Under the pieces are notes generated by a model, which saw nothing but the letters and a program-made list of their open reading frames with translations, did not search any database and had not been told where the DNA came from. The translations under genes and the position numbers were made by a program. This document shows positions 1 to 7,669 of a DNA stretch of 64,000 nucleotides, piece after piece. Source of the stretch: a virus. Position 1 is the stretch's first letter; every line of letters starts with the position of its first letter. The DNA lies in IMG/VR virus record IMGVR_UViG_3300047558_000077, positions 108,365-172,364 of that record; one strand, given 5' to 3'.

Positions 1-525
1 GCCCTCGAAGGCAAAGACGCTGACTTGGTGGAAGCGTATAAGGGTTGGCGCAAGCCAGTTCTTAAAATCATGGCTCTATTCATCAAGCGTATAATCGACC
101 ATATGGTTGAACTGGACTCCGCTGGGCAGACAGTTCGCAAGCCACGCAAGAAGAAGGTAAAGCCTGCTTCGGTTCTGGTCGCCAAGATGAACTATTGTAA
201 ATCCGCAGATACTCTAACGAGTGTTGATCCGAAGGAGATTATCGGTGCTTCGCAACTTTGGGCATACAATCATAAAACTCGCAATCTTTCTGTGTATAAT
301 GCCGTGGGTCATTCTGGCCTTTCGGTCAGAGGGTCTACGATTACAGGATTTGACGAGACAACTTCGGTTACAAAGAAACTCCGTAAACCAGAAGCAGTAA
401 TCAAGCCGCTGATGGAAGGTAGTAAGGTTTATCTTCGCAAGGTTATGGACAATCTCACAACGACCGAACAGAAAGCAACTGGTCGCATCAATGTGGACAC
501 AATACTACTGAGAGTGGTAAAATGA
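1..525 (+). CDS. Conserved T4-like phage hypothetical protein, probably 5'-truncated by the window
   Basis: Frame 1 is open from base 1 to TGA at 523-525; basic protein with no recognised motif. Confidence 0.6.
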   Translation, partial: ALEGKDADLVEAYKGWRKPVLKIMALFIKRIIDHMVELDSAGQTVRKPRKKKVKPASVLVAKMNYCKSADTLTSVDPKEIIGASQLWAYNHKTRNLSVYNAVGHSGLSVRGSTITGFDETTSVTKKLRKPEAVIKPLMEGSKVYLRKVMDNLTTTEQKATGRINVDTILLRVVK

Positions 526-623
526 CCGTAGAAGCATTCATGTGGGCGTGGATATACATGGGTTATGTAGTGGCAGCACTCTCGGTGTTGACACTACTAC
601 TCATTACAATTTATAAGGACTAA
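522..623 (+). CDS. Small membrane peptide (33 aa)
   Basis: ATG overlaps the upstream stop; MTVEAFMWAWIYMGYVVAALSVLTLLLITIYKD is one hydrophobic helix; not in the ORF track. Confidence 0.55.
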   Translation: MTVEAFMWAWIYMGYVVAALSVLTLLLITIYKD

Positions 624-625
624 CA

Positions 626-1027
626 ATGGCTAATAAAGTAATCGAGTTCCCCAAGAGTAAGGTTGTTCGTGAAATTCCAGAAGAAGTTCATATAGAACGA
701 CAAGCCAAAGCAGACATGAAACAAGCCGATGTTATCGTGGACGAAGTTGCTGGTCTAATGATCACCGAACTTGATAACTACTTTGTCGATGTTACATCCA
801 AACAGTTTAGTAAAGATATTATTCTGGTTGTGGATGCTCTAAAGGCTGCCGTGTATAGATCATACGGAATCGACCATCATCTTCATCCGTTCATTGACGA
901 TAATGTGAAACTGATTGAAGGCGATATCAACGGAATGTCAAAAGAAGAAATCAAGGAAAAGATCGAAAAGATCATGCTGGAACTTTCCGAAGCGAAAGAA
1001 AAGATTGACAGCGAAGAAGAAGAGTGA
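626..1027 (+). CDS. Hypothetical protein (acidic, N-terminal 'NKVIEFP' motif)
   Basis: ORF with AAGGA RBS. Confidence 0.7.
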   Translation: MANKVIEFPKSKVVREIPEEVHIERQAKADMKQADVIVDEVAGLMITELDNYFVDVTSKQFSKDIILVVDALKAAVYRSYGIDHHLHPFIDDNVKLIEGDINGMSKEEIKEKIEKIMLELSEAKEKIDSEEEE

Positions 1028-1033
1028 TATACT
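1005..1033 (+). promoter_or_regulatory. Sigma70-type promoter for rnh
   Basis: TTGACA(1005-1010)-17 bp-TATACT(1028-1033). Confidence 0.7.
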
Positions 1034-1059
1034 TTCTATTCACTCAATAAGGAAATATT

Positions 1060-1920
1060 ATGTCTTACATGCTGATTGACCTCAACCAGGTTCTAATCTC
1101 TAATCTGATGCAACACCTAAAGTTTGTATCAAAGCAGCACGAAATGAGTGAAGACCTTATTCGTCATATGTGCATCAATACAATCCGATCTAACGTAAAG
1201 CAGTTTCGTTCCAAATATCAGAACGTTATTCTTTGCTGCGACTCGAAGCATTATTGGCGGCGTGATTACTTTGCGTTTTACAAGTCGCATCGTAAGCATG
1301 ATCGTGAGGCATCTGGTCTTGATTGGGATATGATCTTCACTGTCCTAAATGGTCTTCGTGATGAGTTGCGTGATAACTTTCCGTATAAGACACTAAATGT
1401 GGAAGGCGCAGAAGCCGACGATGTTATTGCTGTGCTAACTGCTAGACTGGCTCCACATGCTCCTGTTCTTATTCTATCGTCAGATAAAGACTTTGGTCAG
1501 TTGCAGAAGTATCCAAACGTTACACAGTATTCACCTATTCTAAAGCGGTTTATCAAGATTGATGATCCGAAGACTTTCGTTCGGGAGCATATCATCAAGG
1601 GTGATCGTGGCGATGGCATTCCAAACTTTCTTACAAATGACAATGCTCTTGCTGTTGGCGAACGACAGAAGCCTATCAGTAGCAAGAAACTGACCGAATG
1701 GGTTCACAAAGATGCCTCCGAGTTTTGCACTACGGATTGGATGCTTCGTTGTTATAAGCGCAATCAGACTCTTATTGATTTTGACTATATACCTAACGAG
1801 ATCCAGTCTAAAATCGTTGATGCATTTGAAGAGACAAAACCCGCAGACAAACAGAAAATGCTGAACTACTTTATCAACAAAGGACTCAAGGCGATGATTG
1901 AGTCTATTCATGATTTTTGA
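1060..1920 (+). CDS. rnh: T4-type RNase H / 5'-3' flap exonuclease
   Basis: Motifs LIDLNQ, YKSHRK, EADDVIA, SSDKDFGQL, GDRGDGIPN typical of T4 RNase H. Confidence 0.95.
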   Translation: MSYMLIDLNQVLISNLMQHLKFVSKQHEMSEDLIRHMCINTIRSNVKQFRSKYQNVILCCDSKHYWRRDYFAFYKSHRKHDREASGLDWDMIFTVLNGLRDELRDNFPYKTLNVEGAEADDVIAVLTARLAPHAPVLILSSDKDFGQLQKYPNVTQYSPILKRFIKIDDPKTFVREHIIKGDRGDGIPNFLTNDNALAVGERQKPISSKKLTEWVHKDASEFCTTDWMLRCYKRNQTLIDFDYIPNEIQSKIVDAFEETKPADKQKMLNYFINKGLKAMIESIHDF

Positions 1921-1927
1921 GGATAAC

Positions 1928-2365
1928 ATGACAAATAAAAACATATATGAAGTTTTCAATGAGTTTAAAAATGCCAAGACAAAACAAGATCGCTTAGAGG
2001 TTCTAAGACGTAACAACAACTACGCTTTAAAAAATGTTTTGTTAGGTGCATTCAATAACAATATCAAATTCACTGTTAATAAAGTTCCTGACTACAAAAA
2101 GATAGATGTGCCGCCAGGCATGTCATACTCACACATGACCGAGGCATTATCAAAGGTATACCTTTTTGTGGAGGGTAATGCAAAACGACCACAAGGTCTG
2201 ACAGAAAAAAGAGCAACAGAACTTCTGATACAGTTGTTGGAATCTCTTGAACCAAATGAAGCAGAAGTTTTTGCCAACATGATTCAAAAAGATTTAAAAA
2301 TACCATATCTAACAGTCAATCTAATCAATGAAGCATTCCCTGGCCTGTTGCCGGATAAGGAGTAA
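1928..2365 (+). CDS. Conserved T4-like hypothetical protein that usually follows rnh
   Basis: GAGGA RBS before ATG 1928; motif KR..ELLIQLLESL...EAE. Confidence 0.7.
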   Translation: MTNKNIYEVFNEFKNAKTKQDRLEVLRRNNNYALKNVLLGAFNNNIKFTVNKVPDYKKIDVPPGMSYSHMTEALSKVYLFVEGNAKRPQGLTEKRATELLIQLLESLEPNEAEVFANMIQKDLKIPYLTVNLINEAFPGLLPDKE

Positions 2366-2380
2366 TCAAGGCTTAATACC

Positions 2381-2578
2381 ATGAAGAACAAATCACCAAG
2401 TTTGAAACACGATCCTTTATATGCCGAATTATTCGAAGAAGATAGAAAGTATGGTGGCAAACGTTTGGAACTTCCTCAAACCGACTTAAAAAAGAAACGT
2501 CCCATCCAAAATCTAAGGAAAGCATGGATGGAGCACGAGGAAGACTTCGACGAGGTTGATGACTTTTACGAACATTGA
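2381..2578 (+). CDS. Hypothetical protein
   Basis: 65-aa charged ORF in operon context. Confidence 0.6.
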   Translation: MKNKSPSLKHDPLYAELFEEDRKYGGKRLELPQTDLKKKRPIQNLRKAWMEHEEDFDEVDDFYEH

Positions 2579-2596
2579 TTGTAAACAGGATAGTGC

Positions 2597-2664
2597 TTGA
2601 CATTCCTTAAATTTCGAGTAGGATAGGTACCATGCTGATCAATAGTGACAGCAGGTATCTATCC
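2597..2664 (+). promoter_or_regulatory. Promoter plus overlapping long hairpin upstream of the DUF262-HNH gene
   Basis: TTGACA(2597)-16 bp-TAGGAT(2619); inverted repeat GGATAGGTACC..TGCTG...CAGCA GGTATCTATCC (2621-2664). Confidence 0.5.
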
Positions 2665-2684
2665 TTAACAGAAGGAATTATAGA

Positions 2685-4055
2685 ATGTCTAATTGGAAAT
2701 ATGTCACCCGCACAGTTCAGGAATTTGTCAACGAGGCTCAACGTGATAACTGGAATGTTGATCCTGAGTGGCAGCGCCTTGACACAAATTTAAACCTTAA
2801 TGCTAAAGGCTCGAAGCCCTCTAAGGCACAGAGCATCATTGCTTCCATGTTTAATGGCCAAGATATTGGTGAAATTAAACTTTGTGACTATGAAGGTGTT
2901 AAGTCCTCAATTGATGGTGGTAATCGTAAGAGAGCCATTCTAAATTTTTATAATAACAAGTTTGCCCTTCCCAAGGGTAGCAAGTATGCAGGCCTAAAGT
3001 ATAAAGACCTTAGCGAAGATGCGAAAGAACTCTTCCTTAGCTATGTGATCCGTTTCATCGAATACGGTGAAATCACTACACAAGAAATTGGTGAAACTTT
3101 CCGTAACACCAACAATACAACTCCCGTCAATAAGCAGGAAATGCGTAACAGCGAAGGACAGAATCCAGTTGCGGTTCTCGTTCGTCGTACCACACGCAAG
3201 ATTGATGAGGTTGGTAATATCCCTCACATCCTCTTTGATTGGAGAATTAACGCAAAGGGTGATGCGGAATATACTTATCTTACCTTCAATAACAAAGGCC
3301 TGCATCTGGATGAACAGACGGCTCGTTTGCTTTGCCGTGTTTTACAGGGTGAAAAGTCCATTGCCGTGAGCGATGACGACCTTGATAAAATGTATGCAGA
3401 TTATGAGGCGTTTTTGACCGATGAGGAAAACCTCAAGAAGGCTAAGAAGAAGTTGTATGAAGTATTGGACTTTATTGTCAATATTGCCGATACAGCTAGA
3501 AAGTATAAGAATGGTCGTGGTCTTGCCCATAAGCAGTATGAAATGCTGGTTCGCCTGTATTTCTACCTTAAAGAACACCACAAGTCCTTTAAGGTTACCG
3601 ATGCTAGTGAATTTTGGGTTGCGTTCACTACCGCTATGGACTCGGTTCTTTCGTGTGACGATATCACATTTAAGGAGCGTAGCGGTAAGACTCGTGTCGT
3701 TGCAGAAGCCTTCGGTCAGTATCTTAAAAGCGACTTGAACGACCAGTGGAAGTATGATAAGTCCCTCGAACTCTTCCTGAATGAGTTTAATCTTGATAAC
3801 TGCGGTCTAAAGTTGCTTGATCCTAAGCGTTGCTTTAGCCGTGATGAAATCGAGAGTGCCTTGATCAAGCAAGGTTACAAGGACTTTATTGATGGTAAGA
3901 AACTGACCATGAAAGATGCGGTTGGTGCCCATGTTATTGCACATTCTAATGGTGGTAAGACGGAGACCGACAATCTAGTGGTCGTTTCTAAGGCTCATAA
4001 CACGGCGATGGGTACCATGCCCGTTGATGTTTACAAAGCCTCTCTCGGGTATTGA
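2685..4055 (+). CDS. DUF262 (ParB-like) + C-terminal HNH nuclease, GmrSD/SspE-like architecture
   Basis: WQR, IDGGNRKRAI (DGxxR) and FRNTNN motifs at the N-terminus; AHVIAHSNGGKTETDNL...HN HNH motif at the C-terminus. Confidence 0.75.
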   Translation: MSNWKYVTRTVQEFVNEAQRDNWNVDPEWQRLDTNLNLNAKGSKPSKAQSIIASMFNGQDIGEIKLCDYEGVKSSIDGGNRKRAILNFYNNKFALPKGSKYAGLKYKDLSEDAKELFLSYVIRFIEYGEITTQEIGETFRNTNNTTPVNKQEMRNSEGQNPVAVLVRRTTRKIDEVGNIPHILFDWRINAKGDAEYTYLTFNNKGLHLDEQTARLLCRVLQGEKSIAVSDDDLDKMYADYEAFLTDEENLKKAKKKLYEVLDFIVNIADTARKYKNGRGLAHKQYEMLVRLYFYLKEHHKSFKVTDASEFWVAFTTAMDSVLSCDDITFKERSGKTRVVAEAFGQYLKSDLNDQWKYDKSLELFLNEFNLDNCGLKLLDPKRCFSRDEIESALIKQGYKDFIDGKKLTMKDAVGAHVIAHSNGGKTETDNLVVVSKAHNTAMGTMPVDVYKASLGY

Positions 4056-4079
4056 TCTAAGTCAAAGGTAACTTAGGTA

Positions 4080-4179
4080 TGTCAACAGTCTACCTAAAAC
4101 GTAGACTTAGGGTGCGTCACCCTGTCGCACCTGTTGACATACCTTTTTTATTGACTCTTCCGTTCCGCCGTGCTATATT
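4080..4179 (+). promoter_or_regulatory. Repeated early-promoter module, copy 1
   Basis: TGTCAACAGTCTAC..GTAGAC; TGCGTCA-CCC-TGTCGCA(4113-4129); TGTTGACA(4132-4139); TTGACT(4151)-17-TATATT(4174). Confidence 0.8.
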
Positions 4180-4185
4180 AAGTCC

Positions 4186-4506
4186 ATGATCACGAAACGC
4201 AAGAAGCGGTCCGACCGCAATCACATAATCTACAGCTTGACTGTAAAGGGTCAGGAATATATCGGTGTTACCCATGTCGAAAACGGCAAGGTTAACAAGT
4301 CTTTGGACCGTCGCTGGCGCAAGCATGTCGGTCGTGCGATGACCGAAGGTAAACTGTGGAAATTGTGCGTGGCTATTCGTAAGCATGGACCTGACAATTT
4401 CACTGTCGGCGTTCTGGAAATTGTGCGTGGTAAGTCTGCGGCTCATATACGTGAGCGGGAACTTATCCGTGAACGTAAGCCTAAACTTAACTCGGATGTG
4501 CGCTAA
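4186..4506 (+). CDS. Minimal GIY-YIG-family nuclease domain
   Basis: IIY...YIG motif, RWRKH helix, conserved E in ERELI, terminal LN. Confidence 0.7.
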   Translation: MITKRKKRSDRNHIIYSLTVKGQEYIGVTHVENGKVNKSLDRRWRKHVGRAMTEGKLWKLCVAIRKHGPDNFTVGVLEIVRGKSAAHIRERELIRERKPKLNSDVR

Positions 4507-4745
4507 TGTCTACAACCTTCAATGATCTTATTGGTATGCATGACCTTGACCAGAAGGTGATTGTAAAAAAGGCCTTAGAGAGCCTTACGCCCAGAATGCA
4601 ATTTGTCGTCATTCGTCGGTTTTTTCAGAACCAGACCTTGTCGTCAATCGCTGAGGAAATTGGTCTATCTGAGGCTAGACTATATCAAATTGAACGCAAA
4701 GCCCTATGCAGCCTAAAGCGTGGCTTTAGGCGAAACAAAATCTGA
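4506..4745 (+). CDS. Stand-alone sigma-70 region-4 HTH protein
   Basis: ALESLTPR...TLSSIAEEIGLSEARLYQIERKAL matches the sigma r4 pattern. Confidence 0.8.
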   Translation: MSTTFNDLIGMHDLDQKVIVKKALESLTPRMQFVVIRRFFQNQTLSSIAEEIGLSEARLYQIERKALCSLKRGFRRNKI

Positions 4746-4747
4746 GG

Positions 4748-4804
4748 TGCGACAACCTGTCGCATATGTTTACAGTTGACTCTTCCATTCCGCTGTGCTA
4801 ATAT
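4748..4804 (+). promoter_or_regulatory. Repeated early-promoter module, copy 2
   Basis: TGCGACA-ACC-TGTCGCA(4748-4764); TGTTTACA(4767-4774); TTGACT(4776)-17-TAATAT; spacer nearly identical to copy 1. Confidence 0.8.
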
Positions 4805-4831
4805 ATTCCCATAATGATGAAAGGAACAAAT

Positions 4832-5002
4832 ATGTCTAACGCTCGCTTCGCTCCCAAGAACCCCAACGGCAAAGATACTGCTAACATTTTTGCGCTTATT
4901 CGCTGGCACGAAAATGGTGGTAAAATCACCAAAGTGAAATCGTCCAAGCGTCCGAAGCGTGGTTATACTGTCGGTAAATCTGTCAAAACGGGAGATAAGT
5001 GA
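4832..5002 (+). CDS. Small basic hypothetical protein
   Basis: AAGGA RBS before ATG 4832; NGGKITKV motif. Confidence 0.6.
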   Translation: MSNARFAPKNPNGKDTANIFALIRWHENGGKITKVKSSKRPKRGYTVGKSVKTGDK

Positions 5003-5202
5003 TGGAAGTTTTCGTCCTGATGAGCCATATCCTCTATGAATGCGACGAGTTGCTGGGCGTCTACCACAATGAATCGGACGCCGAGTTTGCCCGTGATGAA
5101 TATAAACGAGAAAACGAAGATCATATGTTCGATCAATTTAGCATTGAACGCCGTGTAATCGGTGCTGCGGCTCGGGCAGATTGGGAGACAGATAATGTCT
5201 GA
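4999..5202 (+). CDS. Small acidic phage protein (LLGVY..E..A motif)
   Basis: GGAG RBS; overlaps the previous stop. Confidence 0.6.
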   Translation: MMEVFVLMSHILYECDELLGVYHNESDAEFARDEYKRENEDHMFDQFSIERRVIGAAARADWETDNV

Positions 5203-5275
5203 TATCGTTCTGTTTATTGTGCTATTCGGTATGCCTATATCCCTGGGCCTTATTGCTATTCTCTCGGAGGACTAA
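5195..5275 (+). CDS. Small membrane peptide (26 aa)
   Basis: MSDIVLFIVLFGMPISLGLIAILSED; GGAG RBS. Confidence 0.5.
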   Translation: MSDIVLFIVLFGMPISLGLIAILSED

Positions 5276-5399
5276 TATGACAGAACAGGAAATCACCAAG
5301 CACAATAACCGCAATTCTGAACATCAGCTTATTTGGCATGGTGTTTGCGTTTGGATCTATTCTGAATATCTGAATGGATAACTCGGAGGACTAATATGA
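5263..5399 (+). repeat. 18-bp direct repeat CTCGGAGGACTAATATGA bracketing a mini-ORF
   Basis: Identical copies at 5263-5280 and 5382-5399, each containing RBS + ATG. Confidence 0.8.
5277..5381 (+). CDS. Mini-ORF (34 aa)
   Basis: MTEQEITKHNNRNSEHQLIWHGVCVWIYSEYLNG; strong GGAGG RBS. Confidence 0.5.
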   Translation: MTEQEITKHNNRNSEHQLIWHGVCVWIYSEYLNG

Positions 5400-5581
5400 T
5401 TGATCGTGATGCCTTAATAGCCGCAATATATGATCGTTATCTTGTTATAGGTAACTATTGGTGGTGTATTGATGATGTGCCCGACTTTTTAGATGATGTT
5501 ATGTCCGATGGTCACTATGATAATATATCTTTTGATCAGATAGTTGTCATGGTTTCCGATTATATGTATGATTGCGACTAA
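5396..5581 (+). CDS. Small acidic hypothetical protein
   Basis: GGAGG RBS; 61 aa. Confidence 0.6.
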   Translation: MIDRDALIAAIYDRYLVIGNYWWCIDDVPDFLDDVMSDGHYDNISFDQIVVMVSDYMYDCD

Positions 5582-5591
5582 GGAGAATGAA

Positions 5592-5696
5592 ATGATCGAT
5601 AATTCTAAAACGGTTCAGTTTGTGGCACTAACGGTAATGTCACTAGCATTGGTGTTCGGTGTTTATCTGATTTATCTTCTGGATGGAGGCATCTAA
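5592..5696 (+). CDS. Small membrane peptide (34 aa)
   Basis: MIDNSKTVQFVALTVMSLALVFGVYLIYLLDGGI; AGGAG RBS. Confidence 0.5.
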   Translation: MIDNSKTVQFVALTVMSLALVFGVYLIYLLDGGI

Positions 5697-5887
5697 TGGA
5701 GTTTACTCTCTTCAAGGCTCTAATGATTATTATGTTTATTCTCACGGCTGTTGGCATGGCATATAATGCTAAAATCATGAATGATTGTATTGATAGTGGC
5801 AGTCCAAAAAGCCAGGCGTGTTTCAAGTATAATGTAATCAATAACAACATGCATAATCTCAACCTGAACGTAGATAATGGAGAATGA
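5696..5887 (+). CDS. Small membrane-anchored protein with two Cys
   Basis: N-terminal hydrophobic helix; GGAGG RBS. Confidence 0.6.
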   Translation: MEFTLFKALMIIMFILTAVGMAYNAKIMNDCIDSGSPKSQACFKYNVINNNMHNLNLNVDNGE

Positions 5888-5889
5888 AA

Positions 5890-6042
5890 ATGGCTAATGT
5901 GAAGACCTATAACCTTTCTATTCATCTGAAAGGTAATCGCACTCTCACTTTTCGTGGCATTTCTCGTGTAGCGGTTGAACGATATCGCAAGCACTATGAA
6001 ATCCAAATGGACTATATTTCCGCATCGGTGGAGAATCGTTAA
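5890..6042 (+). CDS. Small hypothetical protein (50 aa)
   Basis: MANVKTYNLSIHLKGNRTLTFRGISRVAVERYRKHYEIQMDYISASVENR; GGAG RBS; stop overlaps the rtcB ATG. Confidence 0.55.
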   Translation: MANVKTYNLSIHLKGNRTLTFRGISRVAVERYRKHYEIQMDYISASVENR

Positions 6043-7265
6043 TGTCTTATCAGTTCGTGCAAGGTCGTGGTGCGCCGCTCAAGATGTGGTGCGAAGGTGT
6101 TGAGGTCGAGGACGATGCTCGTACCCAGTTAGAGAACATAGCGTCCTTGCCGTTCGTGTATAAGCATGTGGCGGTGATGCCGGATGTTCACTTGGGTAAG
6201 GGTGCTACGGTTGGTTCGGTTATCGCTACCAAGGGTGCGGTAGTTCCGGCGGCTGTTGGTGTTGATATCGGTTGCGGTATGATGGCAGTTCGGTTGTCTC
6301 TAAAGGCAAACGACTTGCCGGACAATCTTGCTTCGCTTCGTTCTCATATCGAGTCCGTAGTGCCGCATGGTCGCACGGACAACGGCGGTAAGAACGACAA
6401 GGGAACGTGGCTTGACCGCATTCCGAACTCGGCTTCAAATGCTTGGTTGTCTTTGTGTAGCCGTTATGATGCTATAGTGGCAAAGCACCCGAAGATTGCG
6501 TCTCATAAGACTTTTGAGTTTATGGGCACTCTCGGCACGGGCAACCACTTTATCGAGTTGTGTCTGGACGAGGACGATTATGTGTGGGTAATGCTACACT
6601 CTGGTTCTCGTGGTGTAGGTAACAAGATCGGTCAGTATTTCATCGAGGCTGCTCGCAAGGAGATGGAGCGATATCATATCCTGCCGTATCTGCCGGATAA
6701 GGACTTGTCCTATTTGGTAGAGCATACCACGCTATTCGATGATTATGTTGAAGCAGTATCCTGGGCACAGGAGTTTGCTGCTCTCAACCGTCAGGTGATG
6801 ATGGATGCGGTGCTTGATGTTCTGCGTCAGCGTTTGCCGTCGTTTGTCGTGTCTGATGAAAAGGCTGTGAACTGCCACCACAACTATATCTCCAAGGAAA
6901 ACCACTTTGGAGAAAATGTGTTTGTGACCCGTAAGGGTGCGGTTCGTGCCCGTGAAGGCGATCTTGGTATCATACCGGGTTCTATGGGCACGGGTTCGTT
7001 TATCGTTCGTGGTCTTGGTAATCAGGAGTCGTTTTGTTCGTGTTCTCATGGTGCTGGTCGTCGTATGTCCCGCAATGCGGCTCGTAAGGCTATCACGCTA
7101 GATGATCATATCAAGGCGACCGAGGGTATTGAGTGCCGTAAGGACGTAGATGTGATTGACGAATCGCCGGCTGCTTACAAGGATATCGGTGCGGTCATGG
7201 CTGCACAGGATGACCTTGTTGAGATTGTCCACCGATTGCGTCAGGTTCTAAACGTAAAGGGATAA
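6042..7265 (+). CDS. rtcB: RtcB 3'-phosphate/5'-OH RNA ligase
   Basis: MPDVHLGKGATVG, GVDIGCG, GTLGTGNHFIE, HSGSRG, CHHN, SHGAGR, DESPAAYK motifs. Confidence 0.97.
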   Translation: MSYQFVQGRGAPLKMWCEGVEVEDDARTQLENIASLPFVYKHVAVMPDVHLGKGATVGSVIATKGAVVPAAVGVDIGCGMMAVRLSLKANDLPDNLASLRSHIESVVPHGRTDNGGKNDKGTWLDRIPNSASNAWLSLCSRYDAIVAKHPKIASHKTFEFMGTLGTGNHFIELCLDEDDYVWVMLHSGSRGVGNKIGQYFIEAARKEMERYHILPYLPDKDLSYLVEHTTLFDDYVEAVSWAQEFAALNRQVMMDAVLDVLRQRLPSFVVSDEKAVNCHHNYISKENHFGENVFVTRKGAVRAREGDLGIIPGSMGTGSFIVRGLGNQESFCSCSHGAGRRMSRNAARKAITLDDHIKATEGIECRKDVDVIDESPAAYKDIGAVMAAQDDLVEIVHRLRQVLNVKG

Positions 7266-7267
7266 AA

Positions 7268-7384
7268 ATGAAACGCAAGAATGTAAACCCAGTGGCTAAG
7301 GCGTTACGTCTTGGTGTATGTAAACCTAAGGTGATTGTAGACAGGAAAACTGTATACAATCGCAAAAGGCTACCAAAACTATAG
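7268..7384 (+). CDS. ArfA-like small basic peptide (38 aa)
   Basis: MKRKNVNPVAKALRLGVCKPKVIVDRKTVYNRKRLPKL; aligns by eye to the ArfA core N-x5-L-x5-[KR]-x-[KR]-V-x4-K...Y-x-RK; not in the ORF track. Confidence 0.6.
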   Translation: MKRKNVNPVAKALRLGVCKPKVIVDRKTVYNRKRLPKL

Positions 7385-7540
7385 ACTATAGTGACTTGGT
7401 GTTCTAATATCTCAAAAATACCCCTTCAAGGGCAACCATGCCCTGTCCGAAAAATCGATAGGAAGCACCAGGAGACTTTTCACGGTCTTCTGGTGCTATA
7501 GTCTCTTCCAGACCTCAAAACTCTCCTGGCGTCTCCTGGA
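7383..7540. other. Structured intergenic region (candidate ncRNA / processing element)
   Basis: Hairpins AGGGCA/TGCCCT (7429-7444) and AGCACCAGGAGAC/GTCTTCTGGTGCT (7464-7497); outer AGACTATAG/CTATAGTCT; alternative partner GTCTCCTGG at 7531-7539. Confidence 0.45.
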
Positions 7541-7543
7541 GAT

Positions 7544-7643
7544 TGTAAACAGTCTACCAACTCTATAGACTTTAGGTGCGACATCCTGTCGCACCTGTTG
7601 ACATACGATTTCTCTTGCTTCTTCCGTTCCGTTGTGCTACTAT
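7544..7643 (+). promoter_or_regulatory. Repeated early-promoter module, copy 3
   Basis: TGTAAACAGTCTAC; TGCGACA-TCC-TGTCGCA(7577-7593); TGTTGACA(7596-7603); TTGCTT(7615)-17-TACTAT. Confidence 0.8.
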
Positions 7644-7669
7644 ATCCGCATAATGTTGAAAGGAACAAA

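Noticed and set aside
4134-4162. TTGACA inside TGTTGACA as a separate -35 element
   Set aside because: No -10 at 16-18 bp in copies 1, 3 or 4; better explained as part of the TGT-NN-ACA site
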